A DNA stretch of 64,000 nt from positions 10,811,832 to 10,875,831 of the forward strand of contig OZ316897.1 of NCBI GenBank assembly GCA_973895155.1, given 5' to 3'. Below, one piece after another: positions 61,767-64,000 of this stretch. The stretch comes from Marsupella aquatica. Lineage: Eukaryota > Plantae > Marchantiophyta. Position 1 is the first letter of the stretch; every line of letters begins with the position of its first letter. Below the pieces are notes generated by a model that saw nothing but the letters and a program-made list of their open reading frames with translations, was not told the origin of the DNA and made no database searches. The translations under genes and the position numbers were made by a program.

Positions 61767-63256
61767 AGTGGTGGACCTCACCACCCAGCGCCCTCACCAA
61801 GCCTAGCACTTGCTCCTAAGTGCCCTTGGTGCTCGAACGCCTCCACGGAATACCTCGAGCAAGCATCCAAATGCGTCTAGCACCACCCATGGCCACTCCC
61901 ATACGAAGCCGCACTTGCTCCCCCACACGACCGCTACTCAACAGTCCTCACTATCTGCACAAGCAACCAAGCACCTCGGTAAGTAACCCCATCATTGGAT
62001 CTAGAACTCGCCAAGTCTAGCATCCTAACTCAAGCTCAACAGACGTTGGTAAATAGGTCAGCGATAGGTCCTCCCGATGCCATAAGTCGGAACCAGAACC
62101 CACGCCCACTGTCCGTCCAAGACAGCTCCTTCCTTGGGCGCGGCCCGGGTTCCCCCTCGTACCTATCCATCACCAACTGACCGCCCTGACCTCAGGACAT
62201 GCTCATGGCCCAAATAGCGTAGCTTGTCCTAAAGCTTGTCCCAAGCTTGTCTCAACACGTCGGGACCAGAACGGCCCCAACTCTAACACTGACTCCTGGT
62301 TCGCCCCACTGATGGTCTAGGGACCGAGCGCCCTTGGGACTCAGCCTCCACACCTACTTGGCCTTGCCTCCCCAACGCAAGCTCCCTTGGGAGGCTGAAT
62401 GCAGCTTGGCTGCTGTTCGACAGGTTGGCAAATGGGCGAGCTAACACCCGCAAACCACGAGAAACCATGGCACCCCCAGACCCAGCTGAGCTCAGGAAGG
62501 CGTAGTCCTCCTCAAGAGATTTCCAACGCACGTAAGAAATTCTCCAACGGACTTCCCGTTGGGAAGATATCGTCGTTTCCGTTTGGCGGTTTCCCTTAGT
62601 GTCGCGACCGCCGCGGCTCACGATTTTGGCTCGCCCTTAGCCCCCAGGGAGACACCACTCCCCTCATATATGCTTCTGGAGACCTGCCACCCCCGGACCA
62701 GCTTTGGTCCCTAAACATTTGGCCCCCAACCCGGATCCCATCGCGCATAATGGGCGCGCCACCAACTGGCAACGCCCATAACTTTCTTGATAGGCAACCA
62801 CAAGCGGAGTGCCTTAGCCCGTTGTGACCGGGCCGACCCAGTGCTCATGCCTAGGCCCTCAATTCTGATCGCCGCTTGGGGCCCCCGACCGGCCCAACCC
62901 GGCTCGGGCCACAACTTGCACCCCAAGCGTCTGTTGCCAATGGTGTCAACTCCATTGGCCTTGGGCCTAAGAGGAGCTCACTTCCAAGCCCTTAGAACTC
63001 AAAGCCCATCCGACGGTCCGGACGGCCATCCATGAGCCCGACCCATTTCCCCTTGACCCGACCAGCCATAGTCCAAGTCGTTAGTTTGTGTCCCCAACTT
63101 GGCCCCTTGCCTCGCCAGTGCCACGTCTCATTGCCCACAAGTCTCCCCATGCTAAGTCCTCCCCGGATGGTCTATCCGGGCCTGGACCATAAGGGAGCTT
63201 GGCATCGGAGTCAACGACGCCGGAGCTAAGTGTTAAGGTAGTCGAGTTCCGCGACT
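61767..63256 (-). repeat. Gypsy 5' LTR (1490 bp)
   Basis: Starts AGTCGCGGAACTCGAC on the minus strand, ends GGTCCACCACT, followed by the PBS. Confidence 0.95.
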
Positions 63257-64000
63257 ATCATGTTGTGCACACTCTATAACCAAGCGGTGTTTGCTTGGAG
63301 AGAGGAAACTCAGGCTCATTGTTACGGAGCTAGTTGAGAGATAGAGAGCTTGCGCTGTGGATGCTTGGTATGGCCAGTCGGCCTAGAGTGCAGTAAAACT
63401 TATGTGTGTTCCCGTGGACGTAGTCTCATGTGGAGGTGAACCACGTATCTCTCTATGTCGACTCTTCTGCGTTGGATGGTTAATGGGCTTGCCATTGTGA
63501 TTGTTGTCTATGCTCAATAATTTCTTGTATCTTCTAGGATACTCTTGTAAAGGGACAATCGTGGGCTGGCTTGAACTATAAATAAGAGGGAGGCTTGCCC
63601 TTTCAGGGGAGTCCAATTTTTTTAGCACTTCAAGCGTATGAGTGCAAAGATAGAGAGTGCATAGAGTGCATATTGTGTACATTAAATTTGCATTGGAGGA
63701 ATGCTTGAACATTGGTTGCAGGACTAAACGGAATGGCTATGCCGTCAGTTCTATGGTGGAAGGATTCTAAGTTTCGTAATTCTTGGTCATAGTAGACATT
63801 GCCACCACTCGAGTACCTTGAAGATCGAGCTTTGAATCTGGCAAGGTCAACTACACCGCTAATACCATAGATATAATGTCTACAAATCTGTGATCAAGTA
63901 GGGACAGCTCTGCCGCTAAACCTCTCTTAGTTAGAAAGAATATTGAAAGTATGAATGTCAATATTGATCTGAATAAGAGTCCGCGAATTCTAAATTTGCG

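Larger units (their letters stand above)
54069..63256 (-). mobile_element. Full-length but decayed Ty3/Gypsy chromovirus, TSD ATCAT, LTR termini AGT...ACT
   Basis: 5' LTR 63256-61767, PBS-iMet 61764-61753, gag with CFTCGAMGHQSKDC, PR LVDTGAT, RT VFIDDILIYS, RNase H TDASDYAIG, INT WESISMDF/SDRD/GPY, chromodomain, PPT, and 3' LTR 55787-54069. ATCAT at 54064-54068 and 63257-63261. Confidence 0.96.
53984..63519 (+). repeat. Copia solo LTR split by the Gypsy chromovirus (halves 53984-54068 and 63257-63519)
   Basis: TGTTAGG start and GCTCAATA end. Rejoined length is about 343 bp. Flanks ATTTT/ATTTC. Confidence 0.85.

Overview
Eukaryotic land-plant nuclear DNA, most likely a liverwort or other bryophyte. 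This is an inference from an intron-containing ACR3 with a Cys-bearing N-terminal extension, bryophyte-type TE accessory ORFs, a Sola-type transposase and a plastid pTAC5 gene. A gene island at about 11-42 kb holds five host genes: (1) a single 818-aa reading frame fusing methylthioribose-1-phosphate isomerase to methylthioribose kinase (MtnA-MtnK), (2) ACR3 arsenite exporter, (3) mitochondrial IGR/mS41-type protein, (4) NPF6-type transporter and (5) pTAC5. It is flanked by, and interspersed with, nested and mostly decayed transposons: Copia elements and solo LTRs, two Gypsy lineages, a Sola/DUF7869-like transposase remnant, a 287-bp MITE family and several tandem repeats. The most unusual observations are the MtnA-MtnK fusion, a chromodomain Gypsy family whose LTRs end AGT...ACT instead of TG...CA (two independent insertions with target-site duplications), a Gypsy LTR of about 3.6 kb that appears to carry its own protein-coding gene, and a truncated Copia capped by a foreign LTR-like end yet flanked by a perfect TSD. 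All exon and boundary coordinates were read by eye.
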